Positions 41,101-50,391 of a stretch of 64,000 nt of DNA are shown in pieces; position 1 is the stretch's first letter, and the number at the start of each line of letters is the position of its first letter. A program made the position numbers and the translations under genes. Source of the stretch: Octopus sinensis (lineage: Eukaryota); NCBI RefSeq assembly GCF_006345805.1, contig NC_043010.1, forward strand, positions 26,040,001 to 26,104,000, in the 5' to 3' direction. The notes under the pieces are model-generated. The model was not told the origin of the DNA and made no database searches. It saw only the letters and a list, made by a program, of their open reading frames with translations.

Positions 41101-44100
41101 TAATACTAATGGTTTCAAATTTTGGCGTAAGGCCAGCAAATTTGGGGGGAGTGGGTAAGTTGATAACATTAATCCCCAGTACTCAACTGGTACTTATTTT
41201 ATTGACCCTGAAGGGATGAAAGGCAAAGTTAACCTTGGCGGAATTTGAACTCAGAATGTAGAGAAGCTAAAATAATGCTAGGCATATTGTGACCAGTGAT
41301 GTATAACTATATCTGATATTCTGGCCAATACCATGGTATGTCATATTTACCCCTTTCATTACCAAACTGAATGAAACCAGCTCTAGCTCTGAGTACAAAT
41401 GTCTTGTTTTCATAAGTTTTGAATTAAAATCTTCCACCAAACCTTTGTCACAATTTATGTTCCTAACACTAGCTGAACGATAACTAAATTATTTTACTCA
41501 ATTCTTTGTTATATTTAAAATTAATTGAAAGAAACACAGAGCATCTCAACATTGAATCTTGTGGTGTGTGACCAATTAAAGCACTTCATGCTACTTTAGT
41601 GGTGTTTGAATTTAGAGTGCAAGGCATTTGTCTGATGTAACGAAAGGGTTAATGTTTATTTCTTTGTAATCTCTGTTTTTTCTCTTCCTGTCTTTTCTTT
41701 CAGAAGATGTTCTTTCACACCATTTAGGACAATTCTCACCAAATGGTTGAACTTCTCCAATGTAAGTTGGAGCATTTTTTGATTTTATGCTGGAGAATGT
41801 TTATTGTATTTCATCCTTACAAAACTTACTGTTTTTATGTTTACTGGACCACATTCCATCCCTGCCCATCCCATATTTTTCTTTCAAACAGTGTATTTAG
41901 CACTATGCTATTGAATATGACTCTCTTCTTATTTTATAGCCATCTGAGTATGATTTGAAGGAGATTAGACTGCTATTTCTAGCAGAGAAAGCAACCTTGT
42001 TGGCTTAGTGTTTTAGTGTTGCTCTTCACCCCTACTGATAAACCTTTATTGACCCTGCCGTCCTGTATTTTTGTGCATTAGGAATTACATTATCTACTCT
42101 TTCATTTCTTGAAGATAATCAAGTGTGCTTTATGAGAGATTTGGCAGCTATTTCTAGCCAGCTGAGCAACCATGTGGAGGCTTCTCCAATGACCCATGGC
42201 TCTTTCATTAGCTTAACCCACCTTCCATCCCTTATTAGTGTAGTTTAAAGAGGTAGATTATTGGAAACAGAATTACCAGTGAGCTGTTGGCAGCAAATAG
42301 CTTTCTTGTATGCCAAGAGCAGAAGTGTGATGCTACATGGCAGCAGTACATGGGCCTTGAATGTAAAACGAGTGTAGAAGCTGCATAGAAACATCATGGA
42401 CATCATCATCAGTTTTACATCCGCTTTTCCATACTTGCTTGGTGGAATTTGTCAAATCATATTTTCTATGGCTGGATGTCCTTGCTGTCATTAAACCTCA
42501 CCTGTTTCCAAGCAAGCAGGGACGTGCTGCCTGGCTAGGTAGGCAGTGCCTACCCTGAATAAGATAGGTCAATAGCAACATTTTCCTTTTATGGCAAAAT
42601 ATGCATATAATTCAATAAAACTGAAGGTTACTCTGATTATTATGCATAAAATACAAAATATTTTATTTTTTTGTAGATTAGGTAGGCATACTTCGCCCCT
42701 GCCTTTCAATCTCAGTATTAAAACTACATATAGTACTGCTGTAGTACACATGCTGCGTACATTCCTACAACAACATTTTCTTTATGTGCTATAAAGGCAG
42801 AAGTAAATCTGCCTCTAACTCAGTCGTGTACCTATGTTTCGCTTATTTTGTTTAATGTTTTACTACATAAACGTCACCAACTGCCTACCCTGAGTAATTA
42901 CTGACAGCATGTACCTACAAACAAAGTAATAATTCTTTGGCCACACATGTTTGTTACAGAAAGAAGGTTGGAAATAAACAACACTGCTTGTATGACGGTG
43001 ATGCTTTTTTACAACTATCATGTGATGTCAAGATAAAGATACACACAAAGGGCTTCTTTCAGTTTCTGTCTACCAAAGCCACTCACTAGGCTTTGGTCAG
43101 GCTGATCTTATAGTAGGAAACACTTGCCCAAGGTTCCATGCAGTGGAATTGAAACCGAAATCCATTGGTTCAGAAGCAAGTTTCTTAACTGCTCAGCCAT
43201 ACTTGTTCTTACACACTAAGCACAATCTGTTGGTGATTACACAACAACAACTTAGATATAAGGTTGAGTGCATGCAAGCAGTGGCAGTGGAGGAAGAGTA
43301 AGTCTTCGTCTTGTATTGTGCAGTAATAGATGAAGCAGCTGCGTTTGTACAGATGTGATGTAAATGGACAACTCCACGTAACCCTTTAGCATTCAGATTA
43401 CTCTGTCAAATGTTATATTTACTCATTTACTTGTTTCAGTCATGTGATTGTGGCCATGCTGGAGCACCACCTTAAGTTGAGCAAATCGACCCCAAGACTT
43501 ATTCTTTGTAAGCCTAGTATTTATTCTATTGAGTTCTTTTGCCGAACCGCTAAGTTAGGGGGACGTAAACATACCAGCGATGTTGATGGGGGGGGGGGAC
43601 ACTGACACACAAACGTATACACCCTCATATATATATATACACAACAGGCTTCTTTCAGTTTCCATCTACCAGATCCACTCACAAGACTTTGGTCAGCCAG
43701 AGGCTATAGTAGAAGACACTTACCCATGGTGCCACACATGTGGTTCGTAAGCAAGCTACTTACCACACAGCTACTCCTATGCCTGTTTGTTTATTCACAT
43801 TGTTTTGAATTAATTCTGCATTAACTTGTAGCTTTGAAGTTTCAGTGATGCAATTATTTATTTTTAGATTGACTTTCTAGGATAGGTATAAGAGGCCAAC
43901 TCTGACCAGTTTGAACTTAAAACAGGTAGAATATTTGGGCTGGAAATGGCTGAATTAAATGCTAAAGAGCTAAAGGAAAACAGGAGTGTGTGTGGCAGAA
44001 GAAGTCCTAGGAAGACAATGGGAGGAAGTAGTGAGACTGGTGATTGAGTGATGTGTATTTCCTTATTTTATGATGGATCCTTGTAGAGAAGAAAAGCTTG

Positions 44101-47100
44101 AAGTGTTTTGAGAGGACAGGAATCTACTCTGCAGGAATTTGTTTGAAGGTCAAGGAAGAGAGTTTGCCAGTACTGGTCACCTTGTTGGATTATTGGAGGG
44201 ACCAGAGAAGAAGTTTTTTTAATTTAGTTTCAGGTTTGCAATTATTGAATAGACTTATGATCAAAAACGTTCCAGCTATGACCATCCCATCTTTTATTGA
44301 ATTGAAAAAATGCATCTAAGACAACATGAGCCAATATTCTTTTAAAGACATGAAGTCATGTTTGGCAGCAACTGTATGTACATAACAGTGAAGTAGGTGG
44401 AGCAGAGGGCAGGTTGGAGAAGAGTTTTGTGTATGTCTTTTCTATGATGTCATTTGAGAGAGATTTGGTTGCTATTTCTTGTTAGGCTTACAAAGAATAA
44501 GTCCTGGGGGTGATTTCTTCGACTTAAAAACCTTTCAAGGCAGTGCTCCAGCATGGCTGTAGTCAAAAGGATAAAAGAAAGGAAGAAAAATGCCAAAATC
44601 AAAGTAAATTTCTTAACTCTTGGATTTCAAATTTCAATGATTTTTTTTTTTTGCAGCCCAACAATTCTCCACAAAGTGATTGTAATTTGTGTAATCTCTA
44701 CCAGCATTCATTCCTCGACTTTTGGACAGTTGCTGGTCTCAGTTGTTTGCAGAATCTGTCTTCAGAATTCACGGGTTTTCTCAGGAGAGAGATGAAATCA
44801 ATGATCCTTAGTACCAGTGTGGAATTGTAAGTAAAGAAAATATATTAAAATGGAGTCGTTTTTGTGAAGTTTTGTGTGATGTTACTTTAAAGAAACTAAT
44901 TGTGGAAGGTTGGAATAATGCGAGAGGATATAGAGTCAACGACAAAAACAAAAACAAAGTGGAATATTTATGAATTGGCATCTGAGATTTTAGTAGAAGA
45001 CTTACACACACACATGCGTGCACATGCATGTATGAGACGAAGAACTGTAAGCCCTGACAGAATCCAAACCTTGTCTATCACATTACATGTGTATTTGTTG
45101 CATTCTGTTCATGTTTATAATGTTACACACACACATGTATAACTAACATACATACATGCACATATAATGTGCATCTGTGTGTGTGTGTGTGTATGTGTTT
45201 CTTAAGGTGGATTTCAGATAGGTTCAACAATTTTGTTATAAACGTATATTCTGCCATGGATCGATGTATATCAGTTTTTAAATGTACCAATGTATCAGTC
45301 ATTAAAATGTTAAAACATATTAAAAATCTATGAGTACATAAATATATAAAGATTTAATATACATATATAGATAGATGAATGGGATTAAGTTCTAAAAGTG
45401 TAGATGTGGGCAATGTGTAGATGTGTATACAATACACAAAGAAATCTTATGTGAATCATTTTATACATCTTATTCAATGCATGTCTATTCCTTTTTTTTT
45501 TCCATCAAAGTGCGGTGCGGTCAAGGTTGTTTTCCATCTTTGTTGAACAAGAACAGATGCTGTACAGTCAGGAGCAGAAATCAGTTGAAACAGTTGGAGT
45601 CCAGACAGACATTCCAACTGTGCCAGAAAAGGCTGATATTGGTAGGTAAACCCCAGCATAATGATCCCATTCACTAATCGTGGTTCCTTCAGTCCTCCTC
45701 TTCTCCCATATTCATTACTTGTATACTTGCTATACCCTTGAGTTGCTTAAGATGGTATTGTAGTACCATTGTTGTAGTACGCCATTCTGGAGCTGTTGTC
45801 TTCCTACAACATGCTATAAATGTTGTTATTGTGCAGTAGCAACCACAGACCCCTGTGGTAGGTAAGTAGTGATCCCAACAGCCAGATACAACCCACAGAT
45901 TTATTGTTGTGGATATGCTTGCTTCCCAGTCATTTGATCATGGATTCAGTCCCACTGTGTGACCCCTTTGGTAAGTGTCTTCTAGTTTAGCCTCAGGTTG
46001 ACCAAAGCTTTGTAAGTAGATTTGGCACATAGAAACTGGAAGGAGCTCAACGTGTGTGTGTTTGTGTGCGTGTGTACTCTCATGGTTGTAAATGAGCATC
46101 CCTGTCATACGTGTTGGGTTGTTCACTTCCAGACTTCTGTGGTAATTAACTCCAACTTTGGAGAAATATTACCCTCCTTAGAAACAGGTGAGGGTTGGCA
46201 ACAGGAAGGACATCTGCCTCAACTAATTCCATCCAGTCCCATGCTGCCATTCAATGGGGAAACCATCTACACATTGTGACAGGCAGCAGTTAATTGTCTA
46301 AGGTGCAGTGTGACAAGCTGGACATGTAACCAGTGTTGTCCATTTTAATTTCCTGTGTGTTAGCCTCTGTGGATGTGGGCAAAGTGACCGACAGATTTAA
46401 AAAATAATTTTTTGTAACTAAACACTTTCAAACTTCAGACACTGGTAGAATGTGTCATATAAAACATCTTTTACTCTTAGCGTTTTTGAGAAAAACTATA
46501 TTTACAAAGTAATTTCATGTTAAAGTTTTCCTATTTCGGTAATTTCAACCAATCAATGACATGTATTCAGCTGAATAAAATTACTGCCATTGTTTGTCAA
46601 CAAGAACTTTCGGCGGTGTATTTTTCATTTGTCACTGTTATTCATGACAACCCTAACCCTTTCCTTAAAACCCTAAAGCTAAAACCAGTACAAACACGAA
46701 CAATGTCATAAATAACGGTGACAAACGAAAAATACACTACCGATAGTTGTTGTTGACAAACAACGGCAGTAATTTTATTCAGCTGAATACACGTCATTGA
46801 TTGGTTGAAATTACCGAAATAGGACAACTTTAATGTGAAATTACTTTGTAAATATAAGTTTTTCTCAAAAATGCTAAGAGTAAAAGATGTTTTATATGAC
46901 ACATTCTACCAGTGTCCAAAGTTTGAAAGTGTTTAGTTACGAAAAATTATTTTTTAAATCTGTCGGTCAAAAAGTAAAGATCCAGTGAATGAAGCTAGAG
47001 TGCAACAGCTGTTACTTTTGTTCTGGACATATTGGTAAATCATATTGGTAAATACTGCTAGTATTGTGACATGGGTAAAGCATCAGTGTGAATGGATGCT

Positions 47101-48331
47101 GTTTAGAAAACACAAATGGGTAAATGTTTTTGTTGAAGCTACTTGTTATTGCTACATGGGTTAAAATTTACCATGCATTGTCGTCATCGGCAGGGATTTA
47201 TTTCTGAGTATTTAGTACATTTCAGCCGTAGGGGGTGATGGGCTTTCTGATGGCTAATAAGTCCAATTCTTGCTCTAGACAGGCCATTGGCATAATTTGA
47301 CTGAGGCAGGAATATTCTGTTTTGCAGAAAACAAAAGAACAGATATCAGAATGAAAGAACAACAGGAAAAACAAAACAAAGCAACCCAACCCCAACTAAA
47401 ACCTACAAATCCAATGCATTTTTTGTTATAGACCATGTTTTGTGACATGAGTAAAAAAAAAAGTTAAATGGTGAGTTTCTGCGGAAAAAATATGAGGATT
47501 CAAAGAAGGATGAGGAATATGAAAATTTGATTGGGCTCAGATAAATCACTGCCAAATCTTTGAGGAGAGTATTTCAGCTTTGCACTAGAAGTGAAGGGAA
47601 TACTTGTCTGTCACATAATGTCTATAATGTCTATACATAATGTCTAAGTACGATCTGTTTTTTTCCCTCAAATAATTAATCGATGTTATAAAACATTTGA
47701 CGTGTTGTAATGTCCAATAAATAATTTGGGTTAGAGCAAATCAAAACACATCAAGCTAGGGTCAATGTTGTTGTTATCACTCAGAAAGCTGACAGAAATA
47801 TTTGGAGTGTATAAGAAAGTACTTCGGGTTGATGCAGTTGAGTCTCTAAATTGCTAGCCTTTGTGCCTAAGTTAGAAACCTTTATTATTGTAACTCAGGA
47901 AAGTCAGCTTAACTGAAATGACCTTTGACTCAGAATTAGCCAATCATATGTTTGAGAGTGGTCTCACAGTCCAGCGAACTAGATATGCTATACTTTACAT
48001 TATAGTGGGTCACTTTAAGGAATAGCATTTGTCTTCATAGCAGTAAAATCGTTATCATCATCATATGTCCGATTTCCATATTGCCATGGGCTGGACGAGT
48101 TGACATTAGCTGACAAGCCAGAGCTGCACCAGGTTCTAGGCATCTGTTTTGGCTTGGTTTCTACAGCTGAATGCTCTTCCTGGTGCCAAATTCTTTACAA
48201 AGTGTGCAGAGTGCTTATGTGGCACCCAACATGAGTGTTTTTCTGTGGCACCAACATAGCTGCCTTTTATGTGGCCCCAGCATGGGGTTTTTTTGTTTTT
48301 TTTTACATAGCACCAGCATAGGAAATATGTA

Positions 48332-48363
<32 letters not shown>

Positions 48364-48720
48364 CATATTACAGAGAAGAACATACCACCACCATGTTCTT
48401 AATGATGAAATTAACCTCTCTGTCTATATATATCTACCCTCTTTGTAATGTTGGCAAATGAAATATAAGAATGTGCATTGTCCGTTTAATTAAAAAATTC
48501 TATATGTGGCTGAAGATTGCTCGACATTTTAAAACTGATGTAATACTTAGTGTTTAATAAAATGAAGTAGCATGAAAGGATTGTACTACACTACCTTGGA
48601 TATCCTTGTTGCTTATTTTGATTATAACCACCCCATTTGATTATATGGATAATACCATACAAAATTTTGGTGCCTTTAACTTAAGTACCATATTCATCTG
48701 AATCTAAATTTTGCTGAACT

Positions 48721-48754
<34 letters not shown>

Positions 48755-50179
48755 TACATACACACATACACTTCCTGTGTTGGTTTATATATATTTTATA
48801 TTTGTAACTGAAAACAAAACTGAAAAATGCCATTCTTGTAAATATTTAAACACTTCCTTTTTCTTATATTCTTTCTTCTTTTCCATTCTTTTATTACAGA
48901 TCCTGTGCAATTGTCACCTGATCACAATATTCCAATGTACCAGCAGAATGGAGACACGTCAGCTGTTGATTCCTGGACCCAGCCTAATTTCTCTGAGCCA
49001 GCAGACATCATTGACAACGTGGAGACAGATTATAACTCCAGCCAAAATGCGCCTTTAGAACATCAGTTCAGTGCCCTTTACAGCAGGGATAACCCAGCCT
49101 CCCCTCCTTTGACTCCGCCATTGGATTCAACTCGATGTTGTTCAACTGAACTCTTACAATCGTCTGAGTTTCCATGTGCTGCTTCGCCTCCACGGTCAGC
49201 ATCACCAGAACCAGAGCCGGAAGAAGAGAACGACTCCCCACCTCTCAACTCTGATGATTTGGAGGTCCTGCCAGAGAGAGTCTCTCATCAGGAGAAATAT
49301 CTCTCACAACGGTACAGTTCCGATTTGGAATTGAAACGACCGTCTGCGATGTCTCTGAACTTGTTTGAACCTTACTTCCTTGAAAAGACCCTTGAGTCAG
49401 CATCGGCCCCTTGTCCCTCTCCACCTCAACCACCTCCTCAAATCGAAGAAGAAAAAGAAGTACCCAACATGGTAGACGAGGTTGAGGAGAAACAAGCAAA
49501 TTCAGAATTGTTGCGAGGGAGCTATGCTGCTCGAGTGGCTGATTCATCTGGTGATGGCCCTAATAGGAATGCCAACAGCCGGACTTCCAACCGAAATAAT
49601 CCATTATTTGACTATCCCGATGACCACATTGCTGCTATACGAAATAATGCTAGGGATATCGGTAATGGCAAAATTCGATTTGTTGCTAAGCGACTGGTTC
49701 CCGAGAAAGGGACCACAGTTATGAACACGTCCTGCAATTATGAACTACGGGGTAAAAAAAATGGCACTTTCCCATCTTTCTCTTCTACTAATGCGACACC
49801 CTTAACTTCCTCTTGTGTGTCCTCACAAACTTCAAAAGGAAGGGCTTCTTCTAGCACTAAAAAGACACTGTCAGGGAACAAGCCTGCTAGCAATATGTCA
49901 CAGGAGCACATAACAAAGTCAGTGCATCTCTCTAGTTTACGCACAAATTCGGAATCAGACACACGGACTTCCACTGCCGATGTTAGGTATGCAAACACAG
50001 ATGCCAAAGCTGGCAGCATGCACTCTCAGCCCGAGCCCAGCTTGAAGCTGAATTCACGGTCAGTGGGTAGGACTCAAAGTTGTAGTCAGGAAATACCGTG
50101 TTACCAGTGTACTATATGTGGTAAGGAAGGGCACCAGAGTCATCAATGCCCCAACCATTCCAAGTATTTTTTTATGTAA
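12705..50179 (+). CDS. Multi-exon gene (19 coding exons, ~1135 aa): Tudor + MIF4G-like + C-terminal CCHC zinc knuckle protein
   Basis: join(12705-12780,15075-15228,16167-16305,18294-18418,20761-20812,22125-22170,24003-24326,28025-28153,29725-29908,34347-34466,35366-35453,36263-36338,38223-38336,38885-38949,40679-40755,41704-41761,44657-44826,45511-45641,48900-50179). Every intron is GT..AG with a pyrimidine tract, phases match at all 18 junctions, and the total is 3408 nt with no internal stop. Missed symmetric exons cannot be excluded. Confidence 0.88.
13673..13929. mobile_element. Mariner-type MITE
   Basis: TA|ttgggttggtacataattattg ... caataattatgcaccaacccaa|TA. Mariner-like TIRs with TA TSD. 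Confidence 0.85.
15075..15228 (+). CDS. Coding exon 2: Tudor core (EFCELETDIQ...AYSSSVEKWLRARISRVMG)
   Basis: tttttccag acceptor, gtcagt donor, phase 1 to 2. W.RARI motif. Confidence 0.9.
15395..15915 (-). mobile_element. RTE-clade LINE 5' region fragment
   Basis: Minus strand contains an RTE-like 5' leader (ccaggccagacaggtcgaagggtag). GC-richer than flanks. Family assignment is from resemblance only. Confidence 0.45.
16167..16305 (+). CDS. Coding exon 3: Tudor core (EKADLFYLDYGFAEQRPL...ELNAQALHCRLYGIEP)
   Basis: ctttcttccag acceptor, gtgagt donor. DYG and QA..C.L.GI.P are Tudor hallmarks. Confidence 0.93.
16343..16727 (-). mobile_element. tRNA-derived SINE family B (representative copy)
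   Basis: Pol III A/B-box-like head on the minus strand and a central (CA)/(TA) tract. Other copies at ~1100-1270, 19622-19990, 23287-23662, 39730-39890, 43040-43200, 43425-43783, 56245-56600 (+) and 63425-63660. Confidence 0.85.
18294..18418 (+). CDS. Coding exon 4: extended Tudor C-terminal part (LAPPSWINRAGKVLSNVV...YVVSLYN)
   Basis: cctttccag acceptor, gtaagt donor, phase 0 to 2. W...A pattern typical after a Tudor core. Confidence 0.85.
18880..19550 (+). mobile_element. RTE-clade LINE 3' fragment
   Basis: TKVRIYQALVRMILLYGSESW...FDHLCLRRILRV.W and GGQRKTW motifs. Ends ccgggtgaatg plus a short GAA tail. Confidence 0.88.
20201..20390. repeat. 53-bp tandem repeat x3.6 derived from a SINE B body
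   Basis: Unit ggcttctttcagtttccgtctactaaatccactcacaatatgtttatatgaaa at 20201, 20254, 20307 and 20360. Confidence 0.9.
20761..20812 (+). CDS. Coding exon 5 (QTLRSVIHELLESEVCK)
   Basis: ttttccattacag acceptor, gtaagt donor, phase 2 to 0. Confidence 0.85.
21646..22060 (-). mobile_element. Mariner transposase C-terminal fragment (decayed)
   Basis: HLDNAGPH motif (DD34D second Asp). A frameshifted C-terminus reads WVQRWYKCITCERDYVE*. Confidence 0.75.
22125..22170 (+). CDS. Coding exon 6 (PDGEVPIAEYIASPS)
   Basis: ttctttcag acceptor, gtaagt donor. Supplies the required phase 0 to 1 link. Confidence 0.8.
22869..23070 (-). mobile_element. Penelope-like element RT fragment
   Basis: IPALYGLHKNHK...GPPRRPVCS resembles the PLE YGLPK.HK...P.RP motif. 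Confidence 0.6.
24003..24326 (+). CDS. Coding exon 7 (linker, PYNDNRG...DYMFASN)
   Basis: Poly-T ag acceptor, gtgagt donor, open frame within ORF 23867..24451. Confidence 0.88.
24427..24790 (-). mobile_element. SINE family C with RTE-like 3' end and (GAT)n tail (representative copy)
   Basis: catcatcgtttaacgtc...gctggatgcccttcctaacgccaacc consensus. Copies at 711-1016, 11551-11815, 17090-17532 (+), 33945-34250, 35650-36055, 40410-40605 (+), 48052-48320, 52235-52412 (+), 57975-58290, 60285-60565 (+) and 63655-64000 (+). Confidence 0.85.
25990..26415 (+). mobile_element. LINE 3' end, Tx1/L1-like (copy 1)
   Basis: Homologous to 27600-27995 (aggtgggtgaaagttg ... cccacactt ... gtggcaaataaat), followed by a (CAT)/(ATT) tail. 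Confidence 0.6.
26427..27240 (+). mobile_element. tRNA-derived SINE family A, head-to-tail cluster
   Basis: aaggcggtgagctggcagaa head, gttcaaattcc B-box and (ATT/ATC)n tails. Other copies at 5688-5893 (-), 5913-6115, 18505-18700, 29200-29700, 30370-30820, 34680-34890, 40905-41280 (-) and 56740-57040. Confidence 0.85.
27400..28015 (+). mobile_element. LINE 3' end, Tx1/L1-like (copy 2)
   Basis: Residual frame LKRKVRAGREVLSLSEFMKRWVKV resembles the Tx1-type ORF2 C-terminus. aataaa plus (ATT)n tail. Confidence 0.6.
28025..28153 (+). CDS. Coding exon 8 (SLDCNYSNSK...NNNPRNL)
   Basis: ttgcag acceptor, gttagt donor, phase 1 to 1. Confidence 0.8.
28180..29160 (+). mobile_element. Decayed Tx1/L1-like LINE fragment (copy 3) with a 56-bp tandem duplication at ~29015-29130
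   Basis: Shares the tatactatgtatac 3'UTR motif with copy 2. Residual coding-like sequence. Confidence 0.4.
29725..29908 (+). CDS. Coding exon 9 (STRFDSTP...WNPSFEP)
   Basis: ttttctgtag acceptor, gtatgt donor, phase 1 to 2. Confidence 0.85.
30940..32285 (-). mobile_element. CR1/L2-clade LINE RT 3' portion, decayed
   Basis: VVYLDFAKAFNSVPH, SGVPQGSVLGP, KYADNIK and WNPY motifs on the minus strand, with stops and frameshifts. (ATT)n tail at 30940-30967. Confidence 0.92.
32820..33175 (-). mobile_element. Short RTE-related non-autonomous retroposon fragment
   Basis: Minus-strand tail ...VDPATPINRDKTRI plus a (GAT)n end, typical of RTE 3' ends. Confidence 0.45.
34347..34466 (+). CDS. Coding exon 10 (QQPSLSPNYL...PPKPNLP)
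   Basis: tattttcag acceptor, gtaaat donor, phase 2 to 2. Confidence 0.83.
35366..35453 (+). CDS. Coding exon 11 (NNWSTSWGS...ELAQKLQQ)
   Basis: tttttgtag acceptor, gtaagc donor, phase 2 to 0. Confidence 0.85.
36263..36338 (+). CDS. Coding exon 12 (VLPSTHSNVHWPQLYWEMDQLFLDF)
   Basis: catttcag acceptor. The gtaact donor was chosen because the next exon needs phase 1. Confidence 0.75.
38223..38336 (+). CDS. Coding exon 13: MIF4G-like helix (ELSSAQKLNLILKTVLTQAIQEPNFFNNAITLIFYFQ)
   Basis: tttgtttcag acceptor, gtaagt donor. A..EP.F motif of MIF4G domains. Confidence 0.88.
38885..38949 (+). CDS. Coding exon 14 (DHNNFENSLRTTITDLEIDHVK)
   Basis: cattttcag acceptor, gttggt donor, phase 1 to 0. Confidence 0.83.
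40679..40755 (+). CDS. Coding exon 15 (PESSTAETFADLLGHIFVEICSRNS)
   Basis: gtttaccag acceptor, gtaaga donor. Resembles the MIF4G F..F(L/I)GEL(F/Y) helix. Confidence 0.85.
41704..41761 (+). CDS. Coding exon 16 (RCSFTPFRTILTKWLNFSN)
   Basis: Long CT tract plus cag acceptor, gtaagt donor, phase 2 to 0. Confidence 0.83.
43378..43972. mobile_element. piggyBac-like MITE interrupted by a SINE (43425-43783)
   Basis: aaccctttagcattcag ... aatgctaaag termini. The halves match intact copies at 25190-25385 and 51715-51936. Confidence 0.75.
44657..44826 (+). CDS. Coding exon 17 (PNNSPQ...FWTVAGLSCLQ...STSVE)
   Basis: Poly-T gcag acceptor, gtaagt donor, phase 0 to 2. Confidence 0.87.
45511..45641 (+). 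CDS. Coding exon 18 (AVRSRLFSIF...VGVQTD...KADI)
   Basis: ttccatcaaag acceptor, gtaggt donor, phase 2 to 1. Confidence 0.85.
46385..46969. mobile_element. Foldback / long-TIR MITE (265-bp arms, 54-bp spacer)
   Basis: 46385-46649 is the near-perfect reverse complement of 46704-46969. No clear TSD. Confidence 0.85.
48900..50179 (+). CDS. Terminal coding exon 19: S/P/E/T-rich disordered region ending in zinc knuckle CTICGKEGHQSHQC
   Basis: Strong CT tract plus ttacag acceptor. 424-aa ORF in the track. CX2CX4HX4C at 50108-50149. Confidence 0.92.
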
Positions 50180-50341
50180 CTGCTGTTCACATTCAGTGTT
50201 GGTCCCTGGCGCGACTGTTGTTTGGTATTTTGAAAGGTTTCATCTGTCTATCAATCCGCATTGCATTTGATACTGATGGATAATCAATCACTTTCAATCG
50301 ATCACTAAAATCTCTTGCACTGCATCATCAATTCTTCATCA

Positions 50342-50391
<50 letters not shown>

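Noticed and set aside
47227-47258. Poison or alternative exon in the last intron (tacatttcag|ccgtag...)
   Set aside because: In-frame stop after 10 codons and no donor or polyA support. The AG context alone is insufficient.
12705-50179. Naming the gene TDRD12, RNF17, TDRD5/7 or PAIP1/CTIF
   Set aside because: No DEAD-box motifs or CS domain (TDRD12), no RING/B-box (RNF17), no LOTUS (TDRD5/7), and PAIP1/CTIF lack Tudor. The symbol is left blank.
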